20,000 nt of DNA, taken from assembly GCA_030248215.1 (NCBI GenBank), contig JASANG010003345.1, forward strand, positions 488,807 to 508,806, read 5' to 3'. Below are positions 1-10,348 of this stretch, one piece after another (the stretch's first letter is position 1; the number at the start of each line of letters is the position of its first letter). The notes under the pieces were generated by a model. The model was given only the letters and a program-made list of their open reading frames with translations, made no database searches and was not told where the DNA came from. The position numbers and the translations under genes were made by a program. This DNA is from Enoplolaimus lenunculus (taxonomy: Eukaryota).

Positions 1-12
1 TTTTATGCATGC

Positions 13-750
13 TACACTGTAAGTTACTTCAAATAATATGGTTTTTGATTTAATAATGCTGTCTAATGACTATTGATTAGCGGAGAACGTACGGAATCTG
101 GCCACTCTCCTAGGAATTTAATAAAATGCGGTTAATTTTGTACATTTCGACGCGCTGAGTTTTTTACGGTACCAATCGTACGGCTGCATGGCAAACGGTT
201 CAAAAGTTATAACGCACGAAATTGTACCTATTGCAAGTACGCACACAGATTCGAAAAGACAGCATAATGTGATTTACATATTTATAGAACATATAGCTTC
301 ACCAGGTATTTGTTGCACAAATTTGGCACTATCCATGTTTAGTATATATATTAAAAATAGTAAAATTTAAAGCGCAACAACTTTTGAACCAGTGAGGGCG
401 ATGCAAATTTACAAATAATTCCGCTGAACTCAGTTTGTCCTGATCTATAAAACAAGCCGACAACGATGTTTGCTGGCCATTTTAATACCATTTCCACGCC
501 TGAAACAATCTCCACGCCAACCCTGCAAATTCCAGCGAGTTGGTTAATCAAATCATCAAGCGAGTTAGCTGGTTAATTATGAGTTAAAAACAGTAAACAT
601 TAAACTCATTTCGAATTTAGTCGATTTTCACTCTGAATTGAGTTGATTCCGAATGACTTTATGAGTTAACACAGAATGAGTTAAATCAGACTGTGTGATT
701 ACAGGTCATTCATTGTGAGCTAAAATCAACTCAGTAGAATTTACAGTGTA
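13..750. mobile_element. Possible degenerate non-autonomous CACTG-ended (CMC/EnSpm-like) DNA element
   Basis: TACACTGTAA at 13-22 and its reverse complement TTACAGTGTA at 741-750. Many short GAGTT/AACTC subterminal repeats at 537-735. The match is only ~10-13 bp, so pairing of the two ends is uncertain. Confidence 0.4.
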
Positions 751-1042
751 CAACGGCGCTCAAGAAACTGAAATAAGCAGGTCAACAGGTTCGTTGATAT
801 GCTAAATCAGTGTCTCTGATGAAATTGAGTTCTGAATGCAATTTTACCGCAGTCATTTTTTGTTTTTAGCTATTTCTGTTAACAAATGTCTATATTTCCA
901 ATTTCAATTTGGCTGTTAAAATTGTGCGTTTCAGAATGGTTCAGATTGCTAAACTGCGACCACAAACCTAAATTTTAGACAGTTTACAAGACTAATCTGA
1001 ACCACCAGATATATGTCAAAGCAAATTAACCAAATGAATGTA

Positions 1043-1268
1043 CTGTAGTGACCCGAATAAGAGGAGGACTGATATTTATTTGGCCTCTCCAGAGGGCCCC
1101 TGTTATTCGGTTACGGACTGCTATTTATTTTTAACCCATGCTCCGCCACCCTTCGTTACTGATTGATATCCGGTAGTGCAATTACCGGTGAATTAAACGT
1201 ATATTTGTCTTGTTTCGCAACGCAAGGTTATACTTAGGAATGCACTTTCAAAATTTAAGTGCGCTTTA
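1043..1268 (+). mobile_element. Truncated copy (left half) of Tc1/mariner-type TA MITE
   Basis: Starts TA|CTGTAGTGACCCGAATAAGA and aligns with 17452-17690. Confidence 0.8.
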
Positions 1269-1298
1269 TAGATAGTAAACTGAAAATTTTTCGCGTAA

Positions 1299-1561
1299 CC
1301 CTTTCTCACATGAATATTTTCTATTTCCCCTGAGACCTACTTTTATGCTAGGATTCGAACTCCAGTGACTGGAGTGGGAGGCGTATACCATCACTCCTCA
1401 GCTATAGGAGCTTGACGCTCGAGCCCGAGGGGGCTCTCACGTCTTGTGGGGATTTAGTACTATGTATACGTGTTGCCATTGTTAAACACGGTGCGATATA
1501 TACTGTTTACCGTATATACACTGCGCTGAGCTGCCTACAGGCAACTCAATGTGAGAAGGGG
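1299..1561. mobile_element. piggyBac-type MITE with internal tRNA-like (Pol III A/B box) segment
   Basis: Terminal inverted repeats (TIRs) CCCTTTCTCACAT / ATGTGAGAAGGGG match 12/13; flanks are GTAA and TTAA. Minus-strand TAGCTGAGG...GTTCGAATCC at 1346-1411. Second copy at 12207-12431. Confidence 0.7.
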
Positions 1562-2169
1562 TTAAAGTTCGATATAAAATCATATATGCTTTTCAGACAA
1601 GCACCAGAGTTAGTAAATGGCAAATTAATGAGCAGTGTAGTACTGTCAAAACAAAACAGGGATAGCGATTTTCGACGGCTTCTCAAAAACTGCTATCTAA
1701 CGCCAGTACAATGCAAAGTTTGGAAACATTCGCAGATTAAAGTACGAGTTCAACCGCGGTTGACAAGCTACCGAACAATGCGGAGATATTTATTCACACA
1801 CGCAGATAGAACACGAGCAAGAAGAAAGTGGTTGGCAATGATGGCGGATCCGGCGGATTTTGGATTGCTAATTTGGCCACAGAAGGATTCAAACTTTATC
1901 GGACCACCATAGTTGTAGTTGACGAAATTGTCGAAAATAGGAAATATTGACCTTGACGTTTTAGTTTGGAATTTTTCGATGGCAGAATCACAAAAAATTG
2001 CTTACGGATCCGCCCACGAGGGAACTGTAATGTTTGAGCTGAATAGTTCGCACAAGCGAGATACCAGTTTTAGGACTTTTATGTTCATGGGCGCCGGCAG
2101 GCACGGTCATGATGGTGCAACTACACACCATCCCCTGGGGTGAGTAACCTAGCTTTTAAATAGGCCAAT

Positions 2170-2330
2170 CAGGCCCGTAGCCAGCTCAGCGTGCTAGAGA
2201 GGCTAAACCACTAAGCGTCTTTCAGGAGGAGCTTACAAGGGTTTTCGATAACTGAAAATATTCTAACAGTGATAAAATTTTCTAGGGGAAAGGCTGATGC
2301 TCTCCTGGGCACCCTCTGACTACGTGTCCG
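2170..2330 (+). mobile_element. hAT-like MITE, copy 1 (161 bp)
   Basis: Ends CAGGCCCGTAGCCAG ... CTGACTACGTGTCCG are decayed TIRs. Same length and related ends as 2587-2747. No clear TSD. Confidence 0.55.
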
Positions 2331-2586
2331 AGGTAGTCATATAGATATTGGTAAATATTGTTTCCTATGGTATCAAACGGGCACAGTTACGTATACGTTT
2401 TGAACAAAAGCCCCGCTTGCACCTGCCATTTCTGTATTTTGGCGGCGCTCATATCAGTGTTCACGAAAAGAGATACTTTGATGTGATGTTGCAACAACGA
2501 TTTTATTACAAAAGTTACTTTTCGCACGACTTACGATGGCTTGCATGTACATTAAAGTGTGTCGATGAAATATAATGTGCTAAAAA

Positions 2587-2747
2587 CACACCCGTAGCCA
2601 GCTCACCTTAATAGGGAGCGCTATTTTCAAGTGGGGCTTAGACGCACTTTCGATGACTTACAAGCAAGGTTGAATGTTTTCGAGGGGGGGGGCTAAAATT
2701 CTTCCCTGAGGGTTCAGCCTCTTGGCCCCTGTCTGGCCGCGGGCGCG
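2587..2747 (+). mobile_element. hAT-like MITE, copy 2 (161 bp)
   Basis: Ends CACACCCGTAGCCAG ... CTGGCCGCGGGCGCG. Shares CCCGTAGCCAGCTCA with copy 1. Confidence 0.55.
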
Positions 2748-3562
2748 TACCATAATAACCAGTACGAACCAGGCAAGTTTTGCATACTGTATAATTTTTA
2801 AGTCAGAGTAGTCGCGTTACATTTTCTGGTTCGAACCATACAAATATTTCACCAAATATGTCACAGTAGTGGTCACCAGTGTGAATAATACAGCACTTGC
2901 CAGAACATTAATAATTTTCATTTCATTTGGTGAGCGTCAGCTGTTGGCTTCTGCCGTTTCGGGCAACCATCGCTGCTTATATCAGACGATGTCAAAATAA
3001 ATCGATTTAAAACGAGATTAACACTTTCTTCAACAAAATATTGAATTTAGATAAACCAAGACTCTATACAGCTTCTGTCAACTGTACGTTGAATTGTTCA
3101 GTTCAAATTTAATATCACCAAAACAAGCATTGAAATCGAAGGGTAATTGGTGTAAATCGCATTTACGACTGCCAAGTCACACAGCACCCACCCGATTGCA
3201 TATTGGGATCGACTGAGTTTGCGGGGTCGGAATTTTACTCGAATCTGTTGCATTGTTGATAGGTTTGCCGCTTTTCACGTTTGTTTTCTAGATATAAACG
3301 GTATATTGTTCGAGTTGTTCAGTGAATACCAGGTAGTATTGATATATCATCGTCCATTCAATATATTTTGGACCCGTACGTCCGGCAGCGATGTAAACAC
3401 GACGTTTCGATGTGCGTACAGCAAGCAATAAAACCACACAAATTATGCTGTAAATACATCAAATATAGGAATATACAGTTAAAACAGAAGGAACAACATT
3501 CAAACGTTGTGATATCTCGAAATGGTCAATTTTTTAAATTATCAAAGTTTTGACGAGCAGCG

Positions 3563-3751
3563 TTAGCCAGCTCCTAAACAAGATTCATCACACTCTTGAT
3601 CAGAAGAACAAAATTGTTCGTTTGACTCAGTCAACGGAGGGCACGATTCAATACTTTGTGTTGATGGCCGTCTCTTATTTAAGTGCTGCATTTTTGTTTG
3701 TTTTGTTAACGCACTTCGCAGCAATAACGACTGTTGTTCTTGTGGCTGTGT

Positions 3752-3783
<32 letters not shown>

Positions 3784-4222
3784 GCTGATGCCTACTGTTT
3801 TGGACCGACTCCAAACCAAAATCGGTAACATTAGACGACGACAATTTGGGGTCGCCGCATTTCACTGTTTTGAGCAACGGGATAGATTTGCGGCATCGTG
3901 TCTTTTCAGAGCTTGAGCCGTCAGGTTTTCGTATTGACGACCACATCATTCGTCGAACTCTTGGAGGCATTCCGCGATACTTTGCGGTTCGTGAGCCACG
4001 AGAAAGCGCCGCTGCTGTTTTCAAGGGAGCATTCGCCAACAGCGCAGAACCTTTTGCAAAAACACCACCGCCGCTACCACCACCACCACAAGGCCGCTGG
4101 GGTATAGCGGTTGGTAAACTTTGAAGGCTAACACTTCGGTTTTCTAAACTCAAATTGCAATCAGCAATTGCGATACCGCGTTCTTGGAACGATTCTTGGT
4201 GTACAATTTTTTCTCGGGCTGA
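3563..4222 (-). CDS. Terminal coding exon M (SAREKIVHQ...CLGAG*; Gly run, poly-Q)
   Basis: Acceptor GTTTTTAG|TCA (phase 0) is in frame with ORF 3563..4153, which ends in TAA. Confidence 0.9.
3752..3787. repeat. (TTG)11 microsatellite encoding poly-Q in terminal exon
   Basis: Direct reading. Confidence 0.95.
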
Positions 4223-4924
4223 CTAAAAACTACAACGAAGTATTAATATTATTAATATTTTTGCGGGTCGAACTCAAGTGCGTCAAGTGATTAAAGTTTT
4301 AAACAAAGCATGTCACTTAAAAATAGCAATCGTATTTACTGCAAATTGCGAAAAAAAGTATAATTTTACGATGACATTTCGTCAATCGACGTCTGCTGCA
4401 ATGGATGATTGTGTAGTTTGGCGCATATATTATGTAAGGTACACACTTAGCTTAGAATGAATTTTATCGTATCATTTAAAGTTTTCCGCAAAGGCATCAA
4501 TTAAAGTTCCCCTATGAATATTTAATTTAAGTTTGCTTCATTTCAACTGCTCAAAGGATCAAGGTGTTCAATAAGAGAACGTTGAACTTATACCATTTCC
4601 ATATTTTCACTATGGATGTCAACGTTTACGACGTTTCAAGCGCTCAAAGAGTAAAAGTGTGCAATGACAAAGCTGAACTTACCATTTCCTTCCATAGGTG
4701 AACGGAAACATTTCAAGAAATATGACTAAATCTGCTCGAGTAGTATCGATCAGAGTAATCCCGTTATGATATCAATCAAAGTTTTGCTACCTTAGTTGAA
4801 AAAACATTAATTGACCAACACGAGTCAGAACAATTTTGCTCCTTAAATCTCAATTTTTAAAAGGTTAACTTTTGTTACGGACCTATCTGAGATGAGGTCG
4901 ATTTCAGTTTATACAGCAACGTAC

Positions 4925-5083
4925 CCTGATAGCTTGAGTTCTTTTCGAATTGATCAACGCGTAGTTGATAGCGTCGTCGTGTTTTGGCTGACATAAGGAA
5001 GAGAAATCTCCTTGAGGGTCGTCAGAATTGCCAGGTTTGGGATCGTAGCCAACGCTCGCGACATCAGTAAATTCTATCGTCGA
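4925..5083 (-). CDS. Exon L (53 codons; second SHP2-type motif INYALINSKRTQAIR)
   Basis: Acceptor ACTTTAG|TCG, donor AGG|GTACGT, phase 0-0, open frame. Not in the ORF track. Confidence 0.88.
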
Positions 5084-5129
5084 CTAAAGTTTTAACGAGC
5101 GTGTTTTAAGCCTTTTGATCTCTATGGAG

Positions 5130-5944
5130 CGTGAGACTTTTCTGTTCTCTCAGCGGTGGCGTTTGCCCAAAAATGGTTGGTTTTTGATTTTTTTGCATAT
5201 TTGAGCTTCTCCATAACCTATCCCGATCATTCCACGCCTAAATTTGAATTTTTGAAAACTCGATTTTGAGACCCAAGGTCAACCCTTGGAACTAGAAAAT
5301 TTTTTGCCCAAAAGTTAGACGGATCACATACCATTGGACGCAGCATGTAGAGCTGAGTCAATAGTGTAAAGCTTTTTGCAATGAGACGTTTGGCGAACGT
5401 GTTATATATGGTCAATTAACTGATTTGGCTCTGTTCCAAATCGTTGGCAGCGTGCCAAATCAGTTATTTGAAATAACTCGTTAACCAGACGTCTGATTAC
5501 GAAAAATTTAACACCATTGGACTCAGACCGCAAGCTGCATCTTCAGACCTTAAAAATCGAATATTTTAGAAATTCAAATTTGGGCGTGGAATGATCAGGG
5601 GAGATCATGAGAAACTCAAAAAATCGAATATTTTAAAAATTCAAATTTGGGCGTGGAATGTTCAGGAATGGTCGTGAGAAGTTCAAATCAGAAAAATTTA
5701 ACACCATTGGACTCAGACCGCAAGCTGCATCTTCAGACCTTAAAAATCGAATTTTTTAGAAATTCAAATTTGGGCGTGGAATGGTCAGGGGAGATCATGA
5801 GAAACTGAAAAAATCGAATATTTTAAAAATTCAAATTTGGGCGTGGAATGTTCAGAGATGGTCGTGAGAAGATCAAATGTACAAAAACTTTCAAAAACCA
5901 AACATTTATAGACAAACGGCAAGGGGATGGCCGAAAATATCACG
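5130..5944. mobile_element. Fold-back (whole-length palindromic) non-autonomous DNA element with expanded right arm
   Basis: 5130-5267 is the reverse complement of ~5808-5944, and 5337-5430 is the reverse complement of ~5454-5541. Centre at ~5442. Confidence 0.8.
5501..5878 (+). repeat. Tandem duplication, 2 x 190 bp, each containing 2 x ~59-bp subrepeats
   Basis: GAAAAATTTAACACCATTGGACTCAGACC starts at both 5501 and 5691. AAATTCAAATTTGGGCGTGGAATG occurs 4 times. Confidence 0.95.
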
Positions 5945-6677
5945 AGAGGGGTCCAGTGCACTCGGTAAATTAAAGTTTCGCGGCACGATAAAATTTGTTT
6001 ACTAAAAATCGCCGCCCACCATCAAATAGATTGGGTTCATATCTTTATTAGCAACGCATAGCGGCGTGTGGCGGCGCGCGGTGTCGTCCGGCACAGTAAA
6101 GTATATATCGCAACCGTAAAAGTTTACATCTCAGTTTTAAAGGTTTAACAAGATATTATCGAAATGGTTCATAATAAAAATATACCTTTTATTGTTAAAA
6201 TAACATAACTTTCAAGCTAAATAAATCCCTTTTGAGGAGTTGAATAATTGCCGAAGTTTTTAATGAATATTTTTGCAAATTAGTCTGTAGCTAATTTCGG
6301 TTTTTAATTCTACAATCAATGCTTAATAAACATGTCTGGCTGTGAATTTTATAACCAAACGTTGTAGCGTATGTATGGTAGTGATGCAAAACTGTTTATG
6401 GTTAATACTATGAGTCGAATTTTTATGTGAACAATTGACGAAAAGGGAACCCATGGACTCTGTAGCCGGTAGCGGTCCGGTAGCGCTATTTATGTAAGTA
6501 ACAGGTTTGTTGCTTAAATGTGTTGAAAATGACCCAAATATTTGCAGTTTACCAGCTGGTTTGCTACGGCAAGTTAATGACCTACTCAACGTATGCGAAA
6601 TGGGGAAATTTTGCAAATTTTTGAAAAAGTTAACACTGCTTATAGCACAACTCGTAGCTTAGTACTGGCTTTGAATC

Positions 6678-6871
6678 GGCCCATATTACTTTTAGGGCCG
6701 CTCGGTTCTCTGATCGGACTGCAAAACCTGTAGGTTTAGATTTTAGACTATCTTTGTTTAGACTTAAGCGTAGATTTAGGCTTAGTCTTACACTTTTTCA
6801 ACGTTTAGGCTTAGGCTTAGGCTTAACAAAATGCTTCATATACAGTTACGGCCCTAAACGTAACATTGGCG
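6678..6871 (-). mobile_element. GGCC-TIR MITE with TTAGGC repeats (divergent subfamily)
   Basis: TIRs GGCCCATATTACTTTTAGGGCCG / CGGCCCTAAACGTAACATTGGCG. Internal (TTAGGC)3. Confidence 0.75.
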
Positions 6872-7175
6872 AATGTTGCAGTGAAATTTTGCTACATGAT
6901 AACCACATGACATCTTTGCTGGTTTTTATTCAATGGCTTTGCTTAAATAGCGTTTTGTAATATTTATAAACTTGTTTCAGTAATTAATTTCACAAAAGAA
7001 GGGTTCATTGAATTCCTCTTAGAGTTTCGACGATGTTTGAAAATCTCGTGGATTCCAGGTACAAAGATGAGAATGTTTGAATCCTATCTTATCTAAACAC
7101 GGTTTTGGGCCAGTGAGATTTTTCCGGCACACATCGGTGAAGGGTAAAAACGGTTTCGAACCTCATCAAGATCTC

Positions 7176-7213
7176 GGATCATGTAAAGATCTGGGGCTGA
7201 ACGTTTTTCTGCT
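7176..7213 (-). mobile_element. Terminal fragment of GGCC-TIR MITE
   Basis: GGATCATGTAAAGATCTGGGGCTGAACGTTTTTCTG matches the reverse complement of the end of copy 10496-10683. Confidence 0.6.
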
Positions 7214-7259
7214 ACAGGTAACACATACTTTGATTCATTAATCAAACTCTCTACTGCCC

Positions 7260-7414
7260 CTATTCGGTCCAGGAGTCATTGGCCCATTATAATTGGAGTA
7301 GGTGTCATTTATGATATTTATGGGATTTAATTTGTGGTACAGTTTCCTATTGATTTAACTGAAATAGGGTCCCTAGCTCTCATTAGTCTACCCTTTTCAT
7401 TTGGGTCACTACAG
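7260..7414 (+). mobile_element. Right-half fragment of Tc1/mariner-type TA MITE
   Basis: Resembles 17709-17888 and ends TTGGGTCACTACAG|TA. Confidence 0.65.
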
Positions 7415-7492
7415 TAGTCTACTTACTGACAAAAATTGTACCAGTTATTTGAAGCACAAAATCTTCCAATCGTCTTAATGTTTTGAAGCTTA

Positions 7493-7580
7493 CTGTAGTG
7501 ACCAAATAAGAAGGGGGGAGGTAATAAGTATCCGGGATATTTAATTTGAGTATGAATCAATAGAAATCTATTTCCCTAAT
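7493..7580 (-). mobile_element. Inverted right-end fragment of Tc1/mariner-type TA MITE
   Basis: TA|CTGTAGTGACCAAATAAGAAGGGGGAGGTAATAAG matches the reverse complement of 17855-17888. Inner boundary approximate. Confidence 0.6.
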
Positions 7581-7953
7581 TACATTTCGTGATTGAATAG
7601 CGTCTAACACTAGTAAATATTTAGTCCATAAACGTCAATTACATTAATTAGATTGCGAAAATATTAAGTTCCGAACAGAATTTGGTTTATTACTCAAAGT
7701 ATAACGTTACTTATATTACTAGCAGAATACTCATATCTTAAGAAAAGCATATTCCTTATGTAGTAAACTTTAAACCCTAAAAAATTGCTGGCGCAAGTTA
7801 AAATTGTGTGGTCCTAACATCTGAAGCTGGATTCAACAATAAACAACAGTCCGGAACCGAATAACAATGGAGGCACCCTCTTGCAAAGCAAAATAATTAT
7901 CAATTACCGCTTCCTGCTATATTGGAATCACTACATTCTAAATTACTTCTTAC

Positions 7954-8112
7954 CTGGCGTGGTGTTGCAGGAGGTAAATTGTTGAATTGAACATAATTGA
8001 GCTGCGGTACACCGGAGTTCGTATCTAAAAACTGTTGTTGATGGTCTGTTACGTCTGGGAATTGAAAAATTTGGCCACCGCCACTGCACATTGCCGTATT
8101 TGCCACAGAGCC
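7954..8112 (-). CDS. Exon K (53 codons; first SHP2-type motif QLNYVQF)
   Basis: Acceptor TATTTTAG|GGC, donor CAG|GTAAGA, phase 0-0. ORF 7900..8106. Confidence 0.9.
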
Positions 8113-8276
8113 CTAAAATATACTAAAATGTTTAAGCACAAATATTTTATAAGTTCACTTTTAGCTTTCAAATTGATTATTTGTAACTTTACTAATGCGT
8201 CTAATGCACTACTGCGGTAGATATAATAGAAATTGCTGCAAGTATACCTAATCAGAGAGACAAGTATAACAGTTTT

Positions 8277-8454
8277 GGCCAATGTATAAAACAGGAAAGT
8301 TAAAATAGTACAAGCATATTGCTAAGCCGAAACCAAAGCGTAAAACTGAGCTTAGACCTAAGCCAATGCCTAATCAAAAAATCAGTCTAGTGTTTAAGCT
8401 TGCTTTATTGTAGTCGTGTAGAAAAACGTTCCGCCCTTGATCTTTACATGGACC
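8277..8454 (+). mobile_element. GGCC-TIR MITE with perfect 8-bp TSD
   Basis: ACAGTTTT|GGCCAATGTATAAAACAGG ... CCTTGATCTTTACATGGACC|ACAGTTTT. Decayed CCTAAG repeats inside. Confidence 0.9.
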
Positions 8455-8577
8455 ACAGTTTTAGGCATTTCCTTGTTGTTCCAATCAATTTTACTAAAGA
8501 TTAAACGCGTCAAGCTAAATATTCTAGCAACTTTTGTCGAGTGGGCGATCCGAAATTCGTCAAAATGTTTAGCTCCC

Positions 8578-8772
8578 GGCCCATGTATAGAACAGGGCCG
8601 AATCGTTTTCTGGAGGGGCTATAATAGAGTCAGTTTAATTTTAGACCAATTTTTTGTTTAGGCTTAGGCTTAGGCTTAGGCTGAGGAATAGGCTCATCCA
8701 TAAGTTTAGGCTTAGGTTTAGGCTTAGGAATATGCTTATACTACTGTTCCGGCCCTGTTGTATACATGGGTC
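8578..8772 (-). mobile_element. GGCC-TIR MITE with TTAGGC repeats
   Basis: AGCTCCC|GGCCCATGTATAGAACAGGGCCG ... CGGCCCTGTTGTATACATGGGTC|AGCTCCC. Internal (TTAGGC)4. Confidence 0.9.
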
Positions 8773-8820
8773 AGCTCCCTATGCCCCCCACCCACCCAGA
8801 AAAAACAAAAATTCCGAAAC

Positions 8821-9065
8821 CTGTTGAATTTGGCGATTAATTCCGTTCTCAGGCGGTAATTGTATCACCGGCGTTGATGGCATAGGGCTTTGATCTCCAG
8901 TTGTACTTGTTGAATCAACGCCTGCAGCAGACGCAACGCTGGCTGAGGGTGCACGATGGCGTCTTGAGTCAAATTTGGCCGCAGGAGGACGCAATCGAGA
9001 TGGCTGATGTGATTTCGACGCATGATGATGTTTCGGTAACGCTGGTTGTTCTGCTTGGCGATTGT
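8821..9065 (-). CDS. Exon J (DNRQAEQPALPKHHH...NRQIQQ)
   Basis: Acceptor TTTTGTGTTACAG|AC (phase 1), donor CAG|GTTTCG (phase 0). ORF 8779..9081. Confidence 0.8.
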
Positions 9066-9179
9066 CTGTAACACAAAACAAACTGATTTCAAACGGTTAA
9101 TAAAACCGTAGCAAATCACTGACCTGAAAATTTCACTCAGCGCATACCGATGAACTCTCCTAACAAAAAATACGGCGGA

Positions 9180-9535
9180 AAGGTGCGAAACGTTTCTCTG
9201 TGGCACTGCAATAGAACAACCTTAAGCTTGAGACCAATATTTTCACTTAGACTTAGGCTTAGCCTTAGGCATACGTATAAGCACATTCGACCAATGTAAA
9301 GAACAGGGGCGGAACAGTATTATAAGAATATTCCTAAGCCTAAGCCTAAACCTACGCCTAAGTGTAAGAATGAGCATATTGCTAAGCCTAAGCCTAAGCC
9401 TAAGCAAAGCGAAAAAACTTAGTCTAAGCTTACTCTTTTCTAGTCCCGCAGAAAAACGTTCGCCTCTGATCTTACACGGGCCAAGCTTAGGAATATGTTT
9501 ATACTACTGCTATAGCCCTGTTATATGCATTGGCC
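9180..9535 (-). mobile_element. GGCC-TIR MITE (outer copy) interrupted by a second copy in opposite orientation
   Basis: 9180-9288 and 9483-9535 align with the two parts of 8578-8772. Right end CATTGGCC; left TIR decayed. Confidence 0.7.
9289..9482 (+). mobile_element. GGCC-TIR MITE (inner, nested copy)
   Basis: GACCAATGTAAAGAACAGGGGCGGAAC ... GTTCGCCTCTGATCTTACACGGGCC. Internal (CCTAAG)n. Confidence 0.85.
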
Positions 9536-9642
9536 GGTATACTTTTAATATCTCCACATTGCTCCGTTATCCGGAATTACGTATGCATTTTGATTGGTCC
9601 AATGAGCCAGGAATATTAGCTTTGCCAGTTTTCCTCCTAAAC

Positions 9643-9970
9643 CTCTATAATGCTCACTTTCGCTAGACCACCGATGAGATCCATGACTGCTGCTGGTGTT
9701 CGGGATCCTGTTACCAGGTATTTTGGTGGTCGCGTTCGGACGACGTACTCCGTGTTCTCCGGTTCCTTCTGCGCCAACAAACACTAACCGGTCGTCATTA
9801 TCGACAAATGGCCGCTGTCCATCTGGCATGGCAGGCGGTTTTGTATGATCGTCGTATATTGAGAACGAACCGCGTACTGGTTTTGATAATTCAGAACACC
9901 AGGCTTTGCGGACACGGCGGCTAACACGGTGTTGCGGTTGAAAAGTTATTGGCATTTCGGATGGAAACTG
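9643..9970 (-). CDS. Exon I (QFPSEMPITFQPQHRVSRRVRKAWCSE...); alternative boundaries
   Basis: Tandem acceptor TTTAG|CAG| (9970/9967). Phase-1 donors at 9715 (CTG|GTAACA) or 9643 (GAG|GTTTAG). ORF 9545..9955. Confidence 0.75.
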
Positions 9971-10298
9971 CTAAATGTAAGATTTTAGGTACGAGAAGAG
10001 TTACTCAAACCACATTTAAAATTTTTTAGGTGTTTTTAAGATATTAGCACCGTTCCATAAAAGCCCATGTTTAGTTTTCATTGCAAATGCCAAATTTATT
10101 AAAAAAACTCAGCTTAGTTCATAACAACATGTTGCTTGTGCCAGATCCATAAATTTCCGACAGAGGGTGACGCAATATACATTTAAAAAAGACCTCGCGA
10201 GCGGGTCAAGCGATAAACCAAACGCGCAGTCTTTATGGTACAACACTTAAAATTTGTGACGTTGGGACCTCATAATGTTTCATAAACAAAATTCTGAC

Positions 10299-10348
10299 GG
10301 GTAGGTCTGAATAGTATATTGTAGGGTGGGTCTGAATAGTATATTGTA
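10299..10348 (+). repeat. 2 x 25-bp tandem duplication
   Basis: GGGTRGGTCTGAATAGTATATTGTA twice, 1 mismatch. Confidence 0.9.

Noticed and set aside
1346..1411. Functional tRNA gene
   Set aside because: A B box is present but there is no complete cloverleaf; it is embedded in a repeated MITE.
1412..2143. Plus-strand ORFs 1412..1912 and 1919..2143 as genes or transposase
   Set aside because: Non-ATG starts, the first runs across a MITE boundary, and neither has a recognisable domain.
5501..5878. CRISPR-like array (repeated AAATTCAAATTTGGGCGTGGAATG)
   Set aside because: The intervening sequences are themselves duplicated rather than unique spacers. The context is a eukaryotic intron with no cas genes.
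6323..6616. 97-aa minus-strand ORF as an additional exon
   Set aside because: No convincing phase 0-0 splice pair, and exons K and L join in frame without it.
8659..8728. (TTAGGC)n as a true or interstitial telomere
   Set aside because: Only 3-4 perfect units, and in the full-length copies they are enclosed by the TIRs (and TSDs where preserved) of a dispersed MITE.
8865..9206. Alternative frame for exon J (TIAKQNNQRY...)
   Set aside because: It hits a stop before the clear donor at 8821; the phase-1 frame fits both neighbours.
9370..9666. ORF with LSLSLS signal-like start (also 6754..6960, 8437..8661, 18096..18338)
   Set aside because: Translation of CCTAAG/TTAGGC repeat or MITE sequence.
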